Source: Rhynchopus sp. YZ270_cl-10
Lineage: Eukaryota
Assembly: GCA_964035575.1 (NCBI GenBank)
Contig: OZ037838.1
Span: 1,116,001-1,180,000, forward strand
Direction of reading: 5' to 3'
DNA length: 64,000 nt
Part shown: one piece after another, positions 59,520 to 64,000 of the stretch
Layout of the letters: the number at the start of each line of letters is the position of its first letter
How positions within the stretch are numbered: the stretch's first letter is position 1
Notes under the pieces: generated by a model
What the model saw: only the letters and a program-made list of their open reading frames with translations
The model's database searches: none
What the model was told of the DNA's origin: nothing
Translations under genes and position numbers: made by a program

Positions 59520-60161
59520 ATGCTTGGTCCACCTAACCGAATGGACTCGCTGTCGCATCGTTCCAGTACATCGCACCGACATGAAGCGAGCGCGTTTTCC
59601 CCTGACTCTTATGGGACGTTGTCGCAGCGTGGTGTGCTTGGGGTGGAGGCGAGAGTGCAGAACGGGAGGGTCGCTGCATTAGGTGCAGGGCTGATAGCCG
59701 CTAAGGAGCATGAAGCTGGCGCGAGGGCAGGGACGCTTGCAGCAGAGGCGGACCTGCGTGGTGTTGTGTCGCGATGTGTGGAGGCAGAGGTGGAGCTGGC
59801 AGCTGCAGAGAAGGCGCGCGCCACAGCTGCCGCAGCAGCAACTGCCGCGAAAGCCGCGCTTCGCAAAGCAATGCTTCATGAGCAAGACACCGCAGACCAC
59901 CTTGTCGCAGCCGAACACCACATCGCCTCCCGCCAGGCCGCCCTCGTCGCCCTCCGCTCTGAGATGTGTGCCACAGAGGAAGCCGTGCGTGCCAAGGCTG
60001 TCGGCCTCGAAGCTGCAAAGCTTGGCACAGAAGAAGCCCTCCGTCTGCACACGACGCACCTCGAGGCTGCAGCCACGGCAACAGCAAGGGTGCAGGCCGC
60101 AGAAGGAACGGAGCCAGAAATGATCCCTCTCCATGCGCTGTCCCCACCGCATTACAGATGA
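59520..60161 (+). CDS. Ala/Glu-rich predicted coiled-coil protein, 213 aa
   Basis: GC-rich ORF after a CA-rich leader; partial copies at ~51327-51405, 57578-57745, 61825-61877 and 63915-63990. Confidence 0.65.
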   Translation: MLGPPNRMDSLSHRSSTSHRHEASAFSPDSYGTLSQRGVLGVEARVQNGRVAALGAGLIAAKEHEAGARAGTLAAEADLRGVVSRCVEAEVELAAAEKARATAAAAATAAKAALRKAMLHEQDTADHLVAAEHHIASRQAALVALRSEMCATEEAVRAKAVGLEAAKLGTEEALRLHTTHLEAAATATARVQAAEGTEPEMIPLHALSPPHYR

Positions 60162-60593
60162 TGAGCTTGTATGGAGGGAGGCCAAGACAGGGTCCAGTGG
60201 AAACATTCTTTGTAGTTTCAAACCCAGCGTGCTCCCGATCATCAAGAGGTGGTGAGCATTGTGTGTTTTTGGCGTTAGTGTGAAGAAGAAAGGAGTGGGG
60301 CACATCTTGTTTATAGCTTGTTTTATTTTTTTTGTTCCACTCGATAACGATTGTGGAAAAGAATGTGCTGATGCAAAAATAAATATTCGTGTCTGTTGCT
60401 TTTGTCTTTGCGGCTTCATGAGACCTGTTCATGTGCTCACTGTCCGTTTTATCCTGTACCTAGAACTTATCCCCACCCAAAGAACGACCCCCATCCCTCA
60501 TCCCTTCTTTCCACGTGTCCACCCTCTCAGCTCCTTCAACTGTCCACCAAACAGAACATTAAATTGCATCACACCAACACAGCTCTTGAAACA

Positions 60594-61754
60594 ATGATGG
60601 ATGTGACCTTTGTGCTTGAAGAGTCAGGCGTGACTGCGACAGTGGAGGTGCCGTGCGAGGCGGACGTTGCAGCGGCAAAGGAGGTTGCGTGCACGGCGCT
60701 TGCTGTCTCGCCTGCGTCTGTCGAGATGCGCATCGGCACGCAGGTGCTGGAGGGGACGTGCCGTCTGCAGGACACTGCGTTTGATGCAGGGGTGCAGGTT
60801 GTGCTTGCCTGTCCTCGCTTTGCCGACATCAAGTGTCCTGCTGAGTACAGTTTTGAGGGGACTGTGCAACACGTGTCGCTGTCTCCTTGTGGAACGCTCT
60901 GCCTCTATAGCGACAGTGAGTATGTTCGTGTCTTCAACACAGAAACCTTCGAAACTGCCTTCGCTTTTGATGTAGGCAGTGACTGTTTCGTGTACGGTCC
61001 GCCTGCCATCTCACGGTGCAAGACACGCTGCTACCTACCGTGTGGGGACGATTATCGCAAGGTGAATGGCATACACGAGGTCGCGCTGCCGAGTGGGGAG
61101 GTGCTCCGCAAAGTCGATGACAGGTCTATGGCAGTGTACGCGTGTGGCGGTGTTGTTGTCTCAAAAGGCAAAGACGGCGTCTCTGTGTATGACGAAGACC
61201 TGACGTTGCTCCGCTCTCTCTCGCACGAAGGGTGCATGGAGGTGGTCCTGTCGCGCTGTGGTGGGTGGGTGATCACCTCCTCCTACAGTGAGAGCAACGC
61301 ACGTCTGTGGGATGTGAACACAGGTGAAACTGTTGCATGTGTGCCTGCGGATGGGTGGCGGTCTTTTGTGGCGCTTTCACGGTCTGCCTCTGTCTTTGCT
61401 GTGGGGGTCAATGCGGACGGGGCACAGACAGTGCAGCTCTACGACCGGAGTGGTGCGGCTCTTCAAAACGCCATTATGTCTGGAATTAGCAGCGCCGTGC
61501 AATTCACCCCGTGTGGGAAGTACCTTGTGGGCCATGTACAAGAGTATGCTGACGATGGAACACTACGTGACGCAGAGCTGCGACAGTATGACGTGGCGAC
61601 CATGGACTGCGTACTTGCGATCCCGGGCGTAAACAGTCTGTCATTTGCGATATCACCGTGTTCACGTGTGGTTGTGTTTCTATCATCCGATAGCGATAGC
61701 GTCGTGACCAGACACCTGTTCCCCCACAACGAGCTCGTACAGGATACTGCGTAA
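60594..61754 (+). CDS. Ubl + beta-propeller protein, copy 15 (C-terminus extended by LVQDTA)
   Basis: Intact; the usual TGA after HNE is replaced. Confidence 0.85.
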   Translation: MMDVTFVLEESGVTATVEVPCEADVAAAKEVACTALAVSPASVEMRIGTQVLEGTCRLQDTAFDAGVQVVLACPRFADIKCPAEYSFEGTVQHVSLSPCGTLCLYSDSEYVRVFNTETFETAFAFDVGSDCFVYGPPAISRCKTRCYLPCGDDYRKVNGIHEVALPSGEVLRKVDDRSMAVYACGGVVVSKGKDGVSVYDEDLTLLRSLSHEGCMEVVLSRCGGWVITSSYSESNARLWDVNTGETVACVPADGWRSFVALSRSASVFAVGVNADGAQTVQLYDRSGAALQNAIMSGISSAVQFTPCGKYLVGHVQEYADDGTLRDAELRQYDVATMDCVLAIPGVNSLSFAISPCSRVVVFLSSDSDSVVTRHLFPHNELVQDTA

Positions 61755-62642
61755 CTGGTGTCGTCAACAGAAGCCTGCGTCTTGCCACCACACACCTATC
61801 CAGTGATGGCAGATCTGCATCCACGAGCAAGACACCGCAGACCACTTTGTCGCAGCCGAACACCACATCGCCTCCCGCAAACTATTATTACGGACACAAT
61901 AGGCCCTATACGATGGACCTCAGTTTGTCTGGGTAGGGGTTTTTTTTTTTGTGAGGAGAAAATCAAAATGGTAATGAAGCTTGCGAAATGATAGTGGTGG
62001 TTTTTTGGTAATGTTTTATTCTCCCCCCTTACCACACACTTCGCAGAAAAAACTCTTTTTTCGATCGCGAGTTTGTTTTGCGTCTTCCGCAGTTTAAGCT
62101 TTTCCCCCCGGTATTATTTGTGATACAATTTTCATGGATAGACATGAAAAGGGACAGCACACAGGTGGTTCCGCGTCATGTTTTTCCACAGAACCGACAC
62201 GTGTTGCGTGTCTCCCAAACAACAAAAAAGCAAATGAATAAAAGGTGTTGAAAGGAAAAAGGAAGAACAAAACAGTGTGGTTCACAACAGGGACTATAAA
62301 TTTTTTTTTGCGGGGTGTGTGCGTTTCACCACAACCTCTCCTTTTGTCTTTCTTGTTTTTGTTGTCTTTACAGTTTTGTGGGGGGTCCGTGTTCAATGTT
62401 GTGAGTAGTGTTTATCTAAAGCTGTGTGCCCTGTGTTGTTATTGCTAACCACTTGCGTGTCAAGGTTGGTTGCTCAAAGCTGTAGGGGGGTAAATATAAA
62501 TGGAAAAGTGGGAGTGATATTTCAATTTTATCAAGAACTTCCACCCAACCCAAAACAACGACCCCCATCCCTCATCTCCTCTTTCCACGTGTCCACCAAA
62601 CAGAACATGCAATTGCATTCCACCAACACAGCTCTTGAAACA

Positions 62643-63773
62643 ATGATGGATGTGACCTTTGTGCTGGAAGAGTCAGGCGTGACTGCGACAGTGGAGGTGC
62701 CGTGCGAGGCGGACGTTGCAGCGGCAAAGGAGGTTGCGTGCACGGCGCTTGCTGTCTCGCCTGCGTCTGTCGAGATGCGCATCGGCACGCAGGTGCTGGA
62801 GGGGACGTGCCGTCTGCAGGACACTGCGTTTGATGCAGGGGTGCAGGTTGTGCTTGCCTGCCCTCGCTTTGCCGACATCAAGTGTCCTGCTGAATACAGT
62901 GTGGATGGGGGAGTGACGAATTTGTCGCTGTCGCGTTGTGGCACGCTCTGCCTTTATAGTAGAAGTACATGTGTTGGTGGCTTCGATACAGAAACCTTCG
63001 AAACTGCCTTCGTTTTTACTGTTGAGAGTGACTGTTTCATAAGCGGTGCTCCTGCCATCTCACGGTGCAAGACACGTTGCTACCTGGCGTGTGTGGATCG
63101 CCTTCTCGAGCTTGCGCTTCCGGGTGGGGAGGTGCTCCGCAAAGTCGACGGCCCCTCGAAGTTAGTATCCGCCTGTGGCAGTGTTGTTGTCTCCCAAGGT
63201 GACGCCGGTGTCTCTGTGTATGACGAAGACCTGACGTTGCTCCGCTCTCTCTCGCACAAGGTGTGTAGACACACGGCAGTGTCGGACTGTGGTGGGTGGG
63301 TGATGACCTCCTCCGTCAAGGAGAAGAACGCACGTCTGTGGGATGTGAACACAGGTGAAGCTGTGGCATGTGTGCCTATGTCATGGTGTGATGTAGCGCT
63401 TTCAATTTCAAGGTCGGCCTCTGTCTTTGCTGTGGGGGGCTGTGTGGATGAGGCAGAGCGAGTGCAGCTCTACGACTGGTGTGGTGCGGCTCTTCAGAAC
63501 GCCACTATCTCTGGAAGTGTCGTTAGCGTGCAGTTCACCCCGTGTGGGAAGTACCTTGTGGTCTATGTACATAAGTTTACTGACGATGGAGAACTACATC
63601 AAGAGCTGCACCAGTATGATATGGTGACCATGTCTTGTGTGCTTGTGATCCCTGATGTCACCGATCAGTCATTTGTGGTATCACCATGTTCGCGTGTGGT
63701 TGTGTTTCTATCATATGTGTCTTTCGATTGCACCAACGTTGTGACAAGACGTCTGTACCCCCACAACGAGTGA
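62643..63773 (+). CDS. Ubl + beta-propeller protein, copy 16
   Basis: Intact paralogous ORF. Confidence 0.85.
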   Translation: MMDVTFVLEESGVTATVEVPCEADVAAAKEVACTALAVSPASVEMRIGTQVLEGTCRLQDTAFDAGVQVVLACPRFADIKCPAEYSVDGGVTNLSLSRCGTLCLYSRSTCVGGFDTETFETAFVFTVESDCFISGAPAISRCKTRCYLACVDRLLELALPGGEVLRKVDGPSKLVSACGSVVVSQGDAGVSVYDEDLTLLRSLSHKVCRHTAVSDCGGWVMTSSVKEKNARLWDVNTGEAVACVPMSWCDVALSISRSASVFAVGGCVDEAERVQLYDWCGAALQNATISGSVVSVQFTPCGKYLVVYVHKFTDDGELHQELHQYDMVTMSCVLVIPDVTDQSFVVSPCSRVVVFLSYVSFDCTNVVTRRLYPHNE

Positions 63774-64000
63774 TGTTCATGCTTTGGCACCATGTGAAAT
63801 GGGTGTGGTGACTTGCCCCCTTGTATTCCGTGGAGGCGGAAGAACTGGTGTCGTCAACAGAAGCCTGCGTCTTGCCACCACACACCTATCCAGTGATGGC
63901 AGATCTGCATCCACGAGCAAGACACCGCAGACCACCTTGTCGCAGCCGAACACCACATCGCCTCCCGCCAGGCCGCCCTCGTCGCCCTCCACACAGAGAT

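Overview
This is eukaryotic genomic DNA with GT-AG introns and every credible gene on the + strand. The gene style and CA/pyrimidine-rich leaders ending in CAG suggest a euglenozoan such as a diplonemid (inference). The window is dominated by a tandem family of 16 full-length copies plus fragments of a ~365-390 aa protein. Each copy has an almost invariant N-terminal ubiquitin-like domain fused to a Cys-rich WD40-like beta-propeller whose variable segments are shuffled between copies as a mosaic. Ten copies lie in 3.1-30.4 kb and six in 50.0-63.8 kb. Between the two clusters are an STPG1/SHIPPO-repeat gene, a small hypothetical gene, a discoidin-PT-repeat multipass membrane protein gene and a gene-poor, TE-rich stretch. 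There are many non-autonomous mobile elements: TA-MITEs, TIR elements with 2-, 5-, 6- and 8-bp TSDs, and long palindromes. Two TIR elements sit in frame inside the Ubl coding region of array copies, and one of these has an introner-like geometry. A 5.9 kb element has split direct repeats (A..BA..B) and decayed RT-like sequence. All calls are by eye, with no database searches.
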